From positions 1 through 64,000 of the forward strand of contig JBBSQY010000003.1 in the NCBI GenBank assembly GCA_038243585.1: a stretch of 64,000 nucleotides of DNA, in the 5' to 3' direction. The position numbers were made by a program, and so were the translations under genes. Position 1 is the stretch's first letter, and the number at the start of each line of letters is the position of its first letter. This document shows, piece by piece, positions 49,205 through 59,421 of the stretch. Under the pieces are notes generated by a model that was not told the origin of the DNA, searched no databases, and worked only from the letters and a program-made list of their open reading frames with translations. This DNA comes from Candidatus Sumerlaeales bacterium. GTDB lineage: Bacteria > Sumerlaeota > Sumerlaeia > Sumerlaeales > Sumerlaeaceae.

Positions 49205-50218
49205 TTACTGTTTCATTCTTTCAATGATCGCATTGGTGTATTCGGTGGTGGATGCTGTGCCACCCAGATCTCGGGTAAGTACCTGACCTTCTGCTAATAT
49301 GGCAAATGTCGCCTTTTCCACTCTGTCGGCAGCGTCAAATTCGTGAAGGTGCCTTAACATAAGAACTCCAGAAAGCAGCACCGCAGTTGGATTAGCAACT
49401 CCGCGGCCGGCAATGTCCGGTGCGCTGCCATGGACAGCTTCAAAGACAGCAATGTCCTGCCCGATATTGGCTGCCGGAACAACACCTAAACCACCAACGA
49501 GTCCCGCGCATAGATCGCTTACGATGTCGCCGTAGAGATTTTCCAGAAGTAGCACATCGAACTGGTGCGGGTTCATTACGAGCTGCATACAGCAGTTGTC
49601 GACGATGATCTCTTTGTATTCGATTTCAGGGTATTCCGTGGCCACCCGACGACAGCAATCCAGAAACAGACCGTCGCTGAGTTTCATGATGTTGGCCTTA
49701 TGCACGGAGGTGATCTGTTTGCGACCATGAAGGCGGGAGTATTCAAAAGCAAACCGGGCTATGGCCGTTGACGCTTTTTCAGTAATGATTTTAATGCTTT
49801 CGACGACGCCGGGCACTACAATGTGTTCAAGACCAGCATAAAGGTCTTCTGTATTTTCCCGAACCACTACAAGGTCAATGTCGTCGTATCGGGTTTTTAA
49901 AGCGGGAATGCTTTTGGCAGGTCGAAGATTGGCGTAGAGGTTCAGTTTCTTACGAAGGGCAACGTTGACGCTGGTAAAACCTTCACCAATGGGCGTAGCT
50001 ATGGGGCCTTTTAACGCTACACCGTTGCGGATTATGGAGGTGTAGACGGTTTCAGGGATGGGAGTACCATGGGTCACGGCGACTGCTCCGCCTGCGTCCT
50101 GTCGATCCCAATTGATGGAAACGCCGCTTGCTTCGATGATTTTTATAGCGGCGTCTGTAACTTCTGGACCAATGCCATCGCCGGGTATCAATGTAATGTT
50201 ATGGGTTTTTTTGCTCAT
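49205..50218 (-). CDS. NAD-dependent isocitrate / isopropylmalate dehydrogenase family enzyme
   Basis: GDGIGPEV, SVNVALRK, RENTE, HKANIMK, NLYGDIVSD, EAVHGSAPDIAG; most like NAD-IDH. Confidence 0.92.
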   Translation of the reverse strand: MSKKTHNITLIPGDGIGPEVTDAAIKIIEASGVSINWDRQDAGGAVAVTHGTPIPETVYTSIIRNGVALKGPIATPIGEGFTSVNVALRKKLNLYANLRPAKSIPALKTRYDDIDLVVVRENTEDLYAGLEHIVVPGVVESIKIITEKASTAIARFAFEYSRLHGRKQITSVHKANIMKLSDGLFLDCCRRVATEYPEIEYKEIIVDNCCMQLVMNPHQFDVLLLENLYGDIVSDLCAGLVGGLGVVPAANIGQDIAVFEAVHGSAPDIAGRGVANPTAVLLSGVLMLRHLHEFDAADRVEKATFAILAEGQVLTRDLGGTASTTEYTNAIIERMKQ

Positions 50219-50297
50219 GAAAAATATGTCCAGCTTTCAATTTACATTATCCCGGCGGAACTTCCGCTGGTTTAAGCTTACTTGGTCATTAAGAGGC

Positions 50298-51929
50298 ATG
50301 GAAGAAAGGCGTCAATCGTTGTTATTGGAAATACTAAAATTTGTAAAAAGCATGCCTCTTGTTTATATCGCCGCCGCTGCTGTGCTATTTTCAGGATGTG
50401 AGGGTGGGCGCCCGGACAAAAGCCAGACCGGCCCGCGCAGCCGGAATTCCATCGTTTATACCATTGGGAACGACATCTCCAACATGGATCCGGCGCAAAT
50501 GAACGATGTTGAATCTGCCCTTGTCGCCAACCAGGTTTATGAAGGGCTTGTGCGATTTAAGCTCGACTCCGTTGAAGTGGAACCGTGCCTGGCGACGACA
50601 TGGGATGTGTCAGCAAATGGGCTGGAATGGACGTTTCGCCTGCGGCCGAATGTGAAATTTGACGACGGGACATTGCTGACGGCGGACGTCGTCGTATTCA
50701 GCGTCATGCGGCAGTTGAACGAGAATCATCCGTATCATGTGAGCGGTCGAATGCGCTATGCAGGACTGCTTTTCGGCGATCCGACTTCAACTGCTTCTGC
50801 GCTGCTGAAAACAGTGGAGGCGGTTGGTAATGATACGGTGCGGTTTACGCTGGTTCGACCTTATATGCCATTCCTGAAAAACCTGGCCATGACTCAGGCC
50901 GCAATTATAAGCCCGACGGCGGCGCGTGTGTTGGGAGACGACCTGAACACGACGATGGTTGGCACGGGGGCTTTCCGCCTTGCGAAGTACGATCGGGATC
51001 AGCGTATCAGAGTGGTTAAAAACTCAAAATACTGGGGCCCAAAGGCGCAGTTGGATGAAGTGGAATTTCGCGTTCTACGAGACGCCAATACGCGCATGAA
51101 CAGCCTGCGGCGTGGCAACAGCGATTTGATTACCGGCATTGAGCCCTATTCGCTGAAGCTGTTGGAGATGGACAAAAATGTGACAGTGCTGAGCGAGCCA
51201 TCAATGAACCTTGGTTATATCGCTCTGAATTGCGCGAAACCGCCCTTCGACAACCCAAAGGTGAGACTAGCGATGAATTATGCTATTGATAAACCTTTTA
51301 TCGCGGACGTGCTGTTTAACAAGACAAGTGTTGTGGCGACGGGAATTATTCCGCCTGGGATGCTGGGTTACGATAGGGACAGGCCGGGGTTCCCGTTTGA
51401 TCCGGATCGGGCGCGTCAGCTGCTGACGGAGGCCGGTTTCCCGGACGGTTTCGAGGTTGTATTTTCCACTCATAACCGTGCGCGCATTTACTCGCCAGTG
51501 GGCGTCGTGTTGTCGGAACGCATCCAGCAGGACCTTAGTGCGGTCGGGGTAACGGCTGTACTGGATCAAATGGAGTTTCCTACATTTCTGGAGCATCAGA
51601 AATCTCGTGACTTCGTCATGGCCAACGGCGGATGGATATCAGACAACGGCGACCCCGACAACTTTTTGTTTGAACTGGTCGGACGGGAAGATAACAATTT
51701 AAACTACGTGAATCCGGAAGCGACTGCCCTGATGCGCGTGGCGGCGGCGGAAAAAGACACGGTAACGAGAGAGGAAATGTATCGGCGGGCGGAGGCAATG
51801 GTAGCGGAGGCACCGCCTATGGTTCCCTTAAATCACGCAAAGCAGATCATGGCCATTCGAAACCGGGTTCTGGGATTTAAGATGCATCCGACAGGAGTAA
51901 ATCGACTTGATACGGTATCTTTGCGTTGA
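50298..51929 (+). CDS. ABC transporter substrate-binding lipoprotein, family 5 (DppA-like)
   Basis: Lipobox FSGC, MDPA, YEGLV, LATTW..S.NGLEWTFRLR, GTGAF, VRLAMNYAID. Confidence 0.92.
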   Translation: MEERRQSLLLEILKFVKSMPLVYIAAAAVLFSGCEGGRPDKSQTGPRSRNSIVYTIGNDISNMDPAQMNDVESALVANQVYEGLVRFKLDSVEVEPCLATTWDVSANGLEWTFRLRPNVKFDDGTLLTADVVVFSVMRQLNENHPYHVSGRMRYAGLLFGDPTSTASALLKTVEAVGNDTVRFTLVRPYMPFLKNLAMTQAAIISPTAARVLGDDLNTTMVGTGAFRLAKYDRDQRIRVVKNSKYWGPKAQLDEVEFRVLRDANTRMNSLRRGNSDLITGIEPYSLKLLEMDKNVTVLSEPSMNLGYIALNCAKPPFDNPKVRLAMNYAIDKPFIADVLFNKTSVVATGIIPPGMLGYDRDRPGFPFDPDRARQLLTEAGFPDGFEVVFSTHNRARIYSPVGVVLSERIQQDLSAVGVTAVLDQMEFPTFLEHQKSRDFVMANGGWISDNGDPDNFLFELVGREDNNLNYVNPEATALMRVAAAEKDTVTREEMYRRAEAMVAEAPPMVPLNHAKQIMAIRNRVLGFKMHPTGVNRLDTVSLR

Positions 51930-51969
51930 CGCACGGAATGGCGCAATTTGACGCCTCGGGATAATAGCT

Positions 51970-54900
51970 ATGACTCCATTTAATTTTACCGCAGATCAAC
52001 AAATGGCACTGGATTTTCCTGGAAATGTGATAGTTTCTGCGGGAGCAGGTTCGGGCAAAACACGAGTGCTGGTGGAAAAGTATTTTAGGATGCTCGTGGA
52101 TGAGCATCCGGAGTGGCCTGTGGATGCTGTTGTCGCGATAACGTTTACCCGAAAAGCCGCGGCGGAGCTGAAATCAAGAATCATTAAGCGGGTGCTGGAT
52201 GAACTAGAGCTGGAAACTGAAGCGGGTTCGAGGAGAAGCCGCCTGCGCCAATTGCGTAGCGATGTGGGCGCGGCGCCGATTGGAACGATTCATAATTTTT
52301 GCGGGCGGATTTTAAAGGAATTTTCTTTTGATGCGCACTTGAACCCGGACTTTTTGATTGTGGAAGGGGCGCAGGAGGGGGCGCTTCGGATGACAGCCGC
52401 ACGAGATGCTATTGCCACGGCAACGGCGGACAGTGGTGGAAAACTTTATAATGCTCTGCTCGCTTTGCTAAATGTCATGTCTGCCTCGGCCCTGAGCAAT
52501 GTATTGGCGGGAATGCTGGCGGGAAGAGCATCATATCTTGAACCATCGCGGCAGTATGTGGAGCATTCTCTGGAGGAGTTGTTTAATAAACTGTCGGAGT
52601 TTCACAGTGAGTATGTGCAGGACCTGCGCAGGGAATTGGGTAGCGCCTGGATTGTGATTTTGCGGGAGCTGGATAGACAGGCTGAGCCCGGAAAGCTAAA
52701 GGATATTACATCGTCAGCAGTGGAGTGTTGGCCGGAGGATTCTGTGGCGGATTGGAGCGTGTGCTCCTCAATCCTTGAACAGGTCATTCCCGGATTACTG
52801 ACCGGCACTTTTACCTGTCGGAAATCGGAATTTAAGAAAGCCGGCTTCGAAGAATATGATCAGATTCGGTCGAATCTGGAGGTTCTTGTGGCTCGCCACA
52901 ACAAGACCTGCCTTGACGACCTCTCGGATATTGATAGGGATAATCTGGAACTATCCCGGAAGCTGGCGTTTCTCTTTCTTAAAACCGTAGAAATCTATGA
53001 AGACCTGCGGGGGGGGGCAACGGATGACGCCGAAGCGGAACTTCTGGATTATGCAGACCTGGAAATTCTGGCGGAGAAACTGGTGTCGGAAAACGCTTCC
53101 ATACAAAGACAGATTCAGGAGCGTTACCGGTTCCTGATCATGGATGAGTTTCAGGATACCAGCCAGTCACAATGGAACATCGTTAAGCCGCTGGTGCTAG
53201 GAGAAAATGGCGAGGCGCGACCTAAATGCCTGTTTGTGGTGGGGGATAAGAAGCAGGGGGTTTACGGCTTTCGCGATGCGAATGTTACTCTATTCGCCCA
53301 GGTTCACGATCTGGTTACCGCCTCGAATGAAGAATGGGAAAACTGTCGTGGCGCGGTAAGTATGGCTGCTAACTTTCGCACGTCGGAAGCTCCGCTAAAT
53401 TTTATCAACCGCGTTTTTAATAAACTGCTGACCTCCGAGCAAAATGCTTACGGGGTGGAATTTGAAGCCCTGACCGTGCAACGAAGCGACTGTGAGGGGC
53501 GGGTGGAGTTTCTCCTTTCCGGATCGGAAGAAGAAACGATTGATCCTGACACAGGGAAAGCCGTAGCGAAGTCCGCTGATGAAAAGAGGCATGAGGAGGC
53601 GGAACTGGTCGCATCGCACATTAAGCAGTTGATCGATACTGGTGAGGTCGTCCATGGACAGATTGCATTGTTGTTTCGGAAGCGATCTGTATTTTCTTAT
53701 TATGAAGCCGCCTTGCGCGAGCGGAGAATTCCTGTGGTAACGCAGCAGGGGTTTAACTTGTTTCAGCAACCGGAACTTGCGGATATGGTGGCAGCGCTAA
53801 ACGCTGTAGTTTATCCTCATAAAGATGTAGTACTCGTCCATTATTTCCGGTCGCCTGCAGTCGGCTTTACAGATGATCTATTGCTGAAAATTTCCCGCAC
53901 GCCAGGGCGGTCGTTCTGGGACAAGACGAACCGGGTGTTAACGGAAAAGCGGTACAGGCTGGATGACAAATGGCTGCCTCTCGGGGAGATGGAACTGGAA
54001 TGTTTGTCGTTTGCGCTGGAGGTGTTGCAGGAGACGCGCACGCTGGTGGGCAGAGTATCTCCGTATAATGTTGTCAGGCACATGATGGATGCACTAGGGT
54101 TTCGTATGATTGTAAAAGCCGGCTACCGGGGAGAGCAGGCCGTTGCAAATCTGGATAAGTTGCTCACGGTGGCGAGGTCAGCGGAGTCTCTCAGTTTTGA
54201 AGATTTTCTAGAATACGTAAAAAGCGAAGGCCAAAGCGACAAGGGCACGACGGAGGCTGCTGATTTAACATCGTCGGCCGCAGTAAAAATTATGACGATT
54301 CATGCAGCGAAGGGTCTGGAATTTCCGGTCGTATATTTACCCGATTTAAATTCAGGGACATCGGGGGCCCCACGCCAGGTAAACGGCGATGGCGAACACT
54401 GGATGACGTTCCGTCTGCCGCGGGATCTGATGCCAAAGCCGTCCTTCCTTATGGATTATTTTAAGCTGATGGATGAGAAAAAAGGGGAAGCGGAAGAGCG
54501 TCGGGTTTTTTATGTGGCAATGACCAGATGCGAGCAACGACTGGTATTGAGCGCAAACCGGGAGAAGCAGCGGGCACAGAACACGTTTTACTCATGGATT
54601 ACTGACGAGTTTGAGCAAGGTCGGGGCCTGGGTCTTCTTGTTACACCTGAGGATATTCCGCAGGCAGATGACGTGGCCACTATGGATCCGCCAACTCAAA
54701 CTACAGCCCGTCAAAAGGCGGGAAGAGAACTACGCATTGACGCAGCCTTGCGGGCGGCGGTCTCCTTGGGCGGTGGAACGCAAACCTCTGCACCGCCTCG
54801 GGGCTTGCAGCCTGCGGCATCAGAACTTAATCCAGATGTGCTGAGGGAATTCCTGCCGCTGGCGTGGAACAGGGGAGTTGAGCTTGCGCTGCAGGAGGTG

Positions 54901-55242
54901 GAAACCACATTTGCTATGGAGTTTGCTGAGGAATTCATGGGCGAATGGCATCGACAGCTACGCGAAATTTTTGAGTGGATGAAAGGTGCTTTTACAGAGG
55001 ATGAAGATGTTCTGTTTTTTTCAAGCATTCGGTTGATTACCCCGCTGGGCGTAAAGCAATTTAAGCCTCATGTGGCTTCGATCAAAACCATAGGATATGC
55101 TGTCCTGCCTGGTGCCGCCGGCGATCAAGTGCGGCTCGAGGTCGCTCGGATGCGCAATGCGTTTGATGCTGTTCCCGACGCTCCGGAATTATCCGTTTAT
55201 ATAGATGAGATGGCGATCCAATCGGCAGCGCCCTCAGCGTGA
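51970..55242 (+). CDS. AddA/UvrD-like SF1 helicase
   Basis: AGAGSGKT, TFTRKAA, TIHNFC, DEFQD, GDKKQ, NFR, MTIHAAKGLEF, YVAMTR. Confidence 0.92.
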   Translation: MTPFNFTADQQMALDFPGNVIVSAGAGSGKTRVLVEKYFRMLVDEHPEWPVDAVVAITFTRKAAAELKSRIIKRVLDELELETEAGSRRSRLRQLRSDVGAAPIGTIHNFCGRILKEFSFDAHLNPDFLIVEGAQEGALRMTAARDAIATATADSGGKLYNALLALLNVMSASALSNVLAGMLAGRASYLEPSRQYVEHSLEELFNKLSEFHSEYVQDLRRELGSAWIVILRELDRQAEPGKLKDITSSAVECWPEDSVADWSVCSSILEQVIPGLLTGTFTCRKSEFKKAGFEEYDQIRSNLEVLVARHNKTCLDDLSDIDRDNLELSRKLAFLFLKTVEIYEDLRGGATDDAEAELLDYADLEILAEKLVSENASIQRQIQERYRFLIMDEFQDTSQSQWNIVKPLVLGENGEARPKCLFVVGDKKQGVYGFRDANVTLFAQVHDLVTASNEEWENCRGAVSMAANFRTSEAPLNFINRVFNKLLTSEQNAYGVEFEALTVQRSDCEGRVEFLLSGSEEETIDPDTGKAVAKSADEKRHEEAELVASHIKQLIDTGEVVHGQIALLFRKRSVFSYYEAALRERRIPVVTQQGFNLFQQPELADMVAALNAVVYPHKDVVLVHYFRSPAVGFTDDLLLKISRTPGRSFWDKTNRVLTEKRYRLDDKWLPLGEMELECLSFALEVLQETRTLVGRVSPYNVVRHMMDALGFRMIVKAGYRGEQAVANLDKLLTVARSAESLSFEDFLEYVKSEGQSDKGTTEAADLTSSAAVKIMTIHAAKGLEFPVVYLPDLNSGTSGAPRQVNGDGEHWMTFRLPRDLMPKPSFLMDYFKLMDEKKGEAEERRVFYVAMTRCEQRLVLSANREKQRAQNTFYSWITDEFEQGRGLGLLVTPEDIPQADDVATMDPPTQTTARQKAGRELRIDAALRAAVSLGGGTQTSAPPRGLQPAASELNPDVLREFLPLAWNRGVELALQEVETTFAMEFAEEFMGEWHRQLREIFEWMKGAFTEDEDVLFFSSIRLITPLGVKQFKPHVASIKTIGYAVLPGAAGDQVRLEVARMRNAFDAVPDAPELSVYIDEMAIQSAAPSA

Positions 55243-55934
55243 TATTGCTTAGCCGCAACCAAACGCGATATTTCGTTATGGGTATTCTGGCGGCGTGCTT
55301 GATGCTTTATCTGAACATATCGGCGCGGATTTACTACGGAGCGTATCTGCTAACACGGGCGGAACTTGGGCGTAAGACGGTGAACGAATATAACGATTTT
55401 ATCGCATTGGCCTGGAAGCAAAATCCCTATCATAATGATACCAGCCTGAAACACGCGCAGGTCCTACAGTCGAAGGGACAGTGGGAACAATCGCGGGCTG
55501 TGCTTTTAAAGTCTGTCGGCGGTGCTAACCATTGGCAGGGGTGGGCAATGCAGGGAATTGCCTGGGAGCGACTGGCGTTTAGCGATGTGGGAACACTTGC
55601 GGACGCCGAGCGGGCAGCGGTATTGTATGACAGGGCGCTCAAGGTGCATCCAAGGTATATTAAAGGGTTGGAGCGGCGGGGACTGTTGGGATTGAAGCTC
55701 GGCGACTGGGGCGCGGTGCATGACCTTGCAGCGCGGTTAATAGCGATAGACGCCAACAATAGAAACGCTCTGTATCTGCGAGCCCGCGCCGCGGAAGGAT
55801 CTGGTGATTTGCTGTTAGCCTGGGATTTATATGGTCAGCTATCCGCAGGAGGGGCGCATCCACAAAATTCCTGGTTTACATCCCGGGAAGTCTCGAACAA
55901 GCTGGCAATCCTGAAAGAGAAACGCATCCAATGA
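55239..55934 (+). CDS. Membrane-anchored TPR protein
   Basis: N-terminal TM, TPR-like helices; GTGA overlap with helicase. Confidence 0.75.
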   Translation: MILLSRNQTRYFVMGILAACLMLYLNISARIYYGAYLLTRAELGRKTVNEYNDFIALAWKQNPYHNDTSLKHAQVLQSKGQWEQSRAVLLKSVGGANHWQGWAMQGIAWERLAFSDVGTLADAERAAVLYDRALKVHPRYIKGLERRGLLGLKLGDWGAVHDLAARLIAIDANNRNALYLRARAAEGSGDLLLAWDLYGQLSAGGAHPQNSWFTSREVSNKLAILKEKRIQ

Positions 55935-57418
55935 AGAAGTCTCATATAGTGTGGCTTGCGCTTATAGCGCTGATTTTGGCCGCAGTGGTTCTCTGGATAT
56001 CGCGGGATTTCTTTATGCAAAACAAGGTTGTTTTTCTCCTGAACCAGCGACAGTTCGCGGCTGCAAGTGAAGTTCTCGAAGAGATGGAAGAGGACGGGAA
56101 GGTCAGCCTGAAAACACAGTTTTTGCGAGTCAAAACTTTGACTTTGCTAGGGGATTACGAGCTTGCCGCAGGTATGAAAATATCTGACAACGCCAGGAAT
56201 GCGTACCCTGAAATCTATTATTGGAAAGCCCTGTCGGAATACGAACTTGGAAGGACCGAAGAGGCAGAGCAGACAGTTAAGAAGTTTGTGCAAACCGGAC
56301 AATTGCTGCCAAATGGCGCTGTAGATATTGCTAGTGCACTGGCTGGTGAGCGGTTTCTGATGGAAGCGCCCGAGGTTGATAAAAATCCTTTTCGGATGTT
56401 GTTCCCAATAGAGCAGGCGGTTTACACCGGGCTTGCGGCTTCGCAACAAATGGAAATTGGTCGCGTGGAAACCGCAGCAAAACTGTTTAGAAGTTCATTC
56501 ATTCTGGGCAACCGTAATCATGCGCTTCTTTCTCAGGCATGCAGGGCCAGCGCTCTCGTTGGTTATGTGGGAGATGCTCAGATGTATTTCGATTACTCAG
56601 GCAGCGACAGTATCCTGCCCTTGTTGGAAGACTTTGATAAGGCTTACAGAGAGTATAAAAATGCTTCGTTGACGCTACATAGCGGCGACCTTGCGCAGGG
56701 TGGAAGGAAGATTGATGTCGCCCGCGCCTTAGCCTGGAGTGCGAATATGTTCCTCAAAGAAGACCACCAAAAGCATGCACCACGCGTAATGGGTATAATT
56801 AATGAACTAGTGAAAGAGTACCCTTTTGATGTTGTGTTGCAGGTTCAAAAAGCGTCAATACATAAGCATTTGAACGAAACAGAGACCGCTCTTTCCATTT
56901 ATGATAACCTGTTCCAGAAGTTTCCTAACTATACAGTGCTTGTAAAAATGGCGGTGGTCGCGGGGGCGTCCGAGGAGGAATTGTCGGCACGTTCGGATGC
57001 TTTTATGAAAAATTTACCTTCGGTTATTTCCGCACCGTTTCGCGGCGGAAAACCCACGAGCGACGGAGAGGACACATTGCAACGTAAGCTTGATCCCGGC
57101 GAATCCGTGCGTGCTACAATTACCGTAGAAGAACGTGGCAGTTACATTATAATGATAGTGGGTAAGAGTAGTAATTCCGGAAAGACATCGACCCTGATAA
57201 AAATGTTTGTCGATGACACATTTATTGGCGTCGCTTATGTTTTTCGGAAAAATTGGGACTGCTATTCCGTGACAGTTCCTTTGGAAGCGGGATCACACAA
57301 ATTGGAATTATTACATGATGATGAGTTGATGACTGAGGTCGGGAAGCGAACAAATAGCGTGGTGAGTTTGCGAGCGATTTATGTCGCCCTGACAGGAGTC
57401 GCGAATGTCCAGTACTAA
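55931..57418 (+). CDS. Membrane-anchored TPR protein with C-terminal beta-sandwich (carbohydrate-binding-like) domain
   Basis: N-terminal TM, helical repeats, C-terminal ...MFVD...VPLEAGSHKLEL...; ATGA overlap. Confidence 0.72.
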   Translation: MKKSHIVWLALIALILAAVVLWISRDFFMQNKVVFLLNQRQFAAASEVLEEMEEDGKVSLKTQFLRVKTLTLLGDYELAAGMKISDNARNAYPEIYYWKALSEYELGRTEEAEQTVKKFVQTGQLLPNGAVDIASALAGERFLMEAPEVDKNPFRMLFPIEQAVYTGLAASQQMEIGRVETAAKLFRSSFILGNRNHALLSQACRASALVGYVGDAQMYFDYSGSDSILPLLEDFDKAYREYKNASLTLHSGDLAQGGRKIDVARALAWSANMFLKEDHQKHAPRVMGIINELVKEYPFDVVLQVQKASIHKHLNETETALSIYDNLFQKFPNYTVLVKMAVVAGASEEELSARSDAFMKNLPSVISAPFRGGKPTSDGEDTLQRKLDPGESVRATITVEERGSYIIMIVGKSSNSGKTSTLIKMFVDDTFIGVAYVFRKNWDCYSVTVPLEAGSHKLELLHDDELMTEVGKRTNSVVSLRAIYVALTGVANVQY

Positions 57419-59420
57419 AGACGACTATCGCACGAGCATCAACCGAGAGAATCTCCTGGTGGAAGCCACGTTTAAATACTGGTGGCAACGGCGGAGGTTT
57501 ATTGTAGGATGCATGTTGTTATCCGTCGTGTGTTTTGCTGCGGTGTTGCTGATCCTGCCCACTGCATACCGGGCGCAAGCGGCGATAATTATTATGCCTC
57601 CGCGTTTTATCCCGGAAATTCGTACTGAACCGTTAACTGTGCTTACGGCCAAAAGCTTACTCGAAACAAACGAACTTTATCAGCAAGTAATTCTGCGGTT
57701 GCGCAGATACCGCCACCTGCTGATAAAGTTTGCAGGGACGGACGATCCGGCGGATAATCTTGTTGACCGACTTAGCCAGGCCTCGGTGTTACAGCTGACG
57801 GCGGGCGGCGGAATGAGCGAAGAAGAAGCGGACATACTTTCCAGATTAGACCAAACCGAAATCCGCGGGCTCTTGGAGTTTGATGACGAAGATCTGGCTA
57901 ATATGACGGTGGATGGCATAGCAAGGGCCCTGTCGAGCAAGGAATCCGTTGAAAAGAAAACCGCCGCGGATCTGACATTTTCTCCTGTCTTGCAGCTGTT
58001 TGCGGTTTCTGATTCCGGCAATAAATCTCAGGTCATGGTAAACCTTTGGGCACGACTTTTTGAAGAAAAGTATGAGTCACTGACACGCGGTCAAACTCAG
58101 AAGGTTTTTGAATCCTTGGAGAATCAGCAGGAGGCCGGGCAGCAGGAACTTGAGACCATGCAGAAAGTCATGGTTGATTTCAAACTGGAGCACAATCTGG
58201 AGCTCATCCAGCGGCAAATCGCGGATTTTACGGAAAGCTTTAGCGCCTACCATAAGCGGCTGGTCGCAAATGTTGAGCAACTAGTGACTTTGGAGTCAAA
58301 AGTTAAGAGTCTGCAGGAATTATTAGGTGCCGTGGAAGGACCTGATTTTACCTGGGTGGGAAGCCTCGTGATCGATAACGAAACCACAGAACCTGGAAAT
58401 CTTGCTTATAAGTCTTTGGGCAGCGAGGAGCTGTCCACAACCGGATCCGAGGTAATGCGAAGACGTAGGTGGGAATCGGTGCAGAGCCGTACTGACTTGG
58501 TACAGGCGCTTGATCAGGCCGCAAAGTACAACCGTCAAAATCAAATCGAACTGATGACGGCTGAGCGTGAACGCCTTGAGGCAGAATACCTGCTGGAAAA
58601 GTCGGCTTACCGCACGAACTTGGTACAAGTGGAAGTGGCTGAAAAAAGTCTTGAGGAATTGAATCAGGCTATAACAACGACGTCTCAGTCCATCCCGCTG
58701 TTGACCGGTCTACCGGATGAGGTTTTAGGCGATGTGCTAATGTCGGGGCGCAGAGAGGGTGTAGGTATGGTAACATCTTTTCACCTGAACAAAGAGCAGC
58801 TTAATCCACTCTGGGAGACACTGGTTAAACAAAGAGCAGAAGTCTCACGAAGCCTCTATGAAGCAGAGGCAACCGTGGCCGAGTTGGCTCGGGAGCTTCC
58901 TGCTAAAGAAAATGATTTGCGTGAGTTGGGCGAGGTTGTTTTTCGGGCCGTACAGGGGGAGAAGCTGGTTGGGCGTCAGGTTGAGCGGATGGAACAGATG
59001 AACCAAACCCTATACGCCGACTATGCGGAAATGCGGGAGGATGTGTTTGCCACAGGATGGAAGATTACTCTGTTGAAGGACGAGATCGAATCCCTGAACC
59101 TGGCGATTACCAACAGCCGAAATGACATCGAAGCATTGCGGAAATCTTCAGAAGCGGCCTCCGCTACTCTTGAGATTCTTGACCTGCGGAAGAAAGCAAT
59201 TTCGCAGCGTGCGGAACTGCTAACTCAGAAGTTGCAGGAATCGATGGTGGCGGTTCGCGAGGAAGTGAGCGACGTTTCATTGGCGTCGAAGGCGGTTGCT
59301 CCAACGGAGCACTATTTCCCTCCGCGCAGCATTTTGCTTTTCGTCATGACGTTAGTGACAGCGGCCCTACTATTGTGGGGCTTGTCGCGAAAGCGTTACA
59401 GACAGCTTATGGCCGAGTAA
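57405..59420 (+). CDS. Polysaccharide co-polymerase (Wzz/GumC-like) with long coiled coil
   Basis: TM1 followed by P..YRAQA, long coiled coil, A.AP....PPR before C-terminal TM2; no kinase domain. Confidence 0.8.
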   Translation: MSSTKDDYRTSINRENLLVEATFKYWWQRRRFIVGCMLLSVVCFAAVLLILPTAYRAQAAIIIMPPRFIPEIRTEPLTVLTAKSLLETNELYQQVILRLRRYRHLLIKFAGTDDPADNLVDRLSQASVLQLTAGGGMSEEEADILSRLDQTEIRGLLEFDDEDLANMTVDGIARALSSKESVEKKTAADLTFSPVLQLFAVSDSGNKSQVMVNLWARLFEEKYESLTRGQTQKVFESLENQQEAGQQELETMQKVMVDFKLEHNLELIQRQIADFTESFSAYHKRLVANVEQLVTLESKVKSLQELLGAVEGPDFTWVGSLVIDNETTEPGNLAYKSLGSEELSTTGSEVMRRRRWESVQSRTDLVQALDQAAKYNRQNQIELMTAERERLEAEYLLEKSAYRTNLVQVEVAEKSLEELNQAITTTSQSIPLLTGLPDEVLGDVLMSGRREGVGMVTSFHLNKEQLNPLWETLVKQRAEVSRSLYEAEATVAELARELPAKENDLRELGEVVFRAVQGEKLVGRQVERMEQMNQTLYADYAEMREDVFATGWKITLLKDEIESLNLAITNSRNDIEALRKSSEAASATLEILDLRKKAISQRAELLTQKLQESMVAVREEVSDVSLASKAVAPTEHYFPPRSILLFVMTLVTAALLLWGLSRKRYRQLMAE

Positions 59421-59421
59421 A

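Noticed and set aside
50058..50297. N-terminal extension of the DppA-like ORF
   Set aside because: Overlaps the divergent dehydrogenase gene; the lipoprotein signal indicates a later start.
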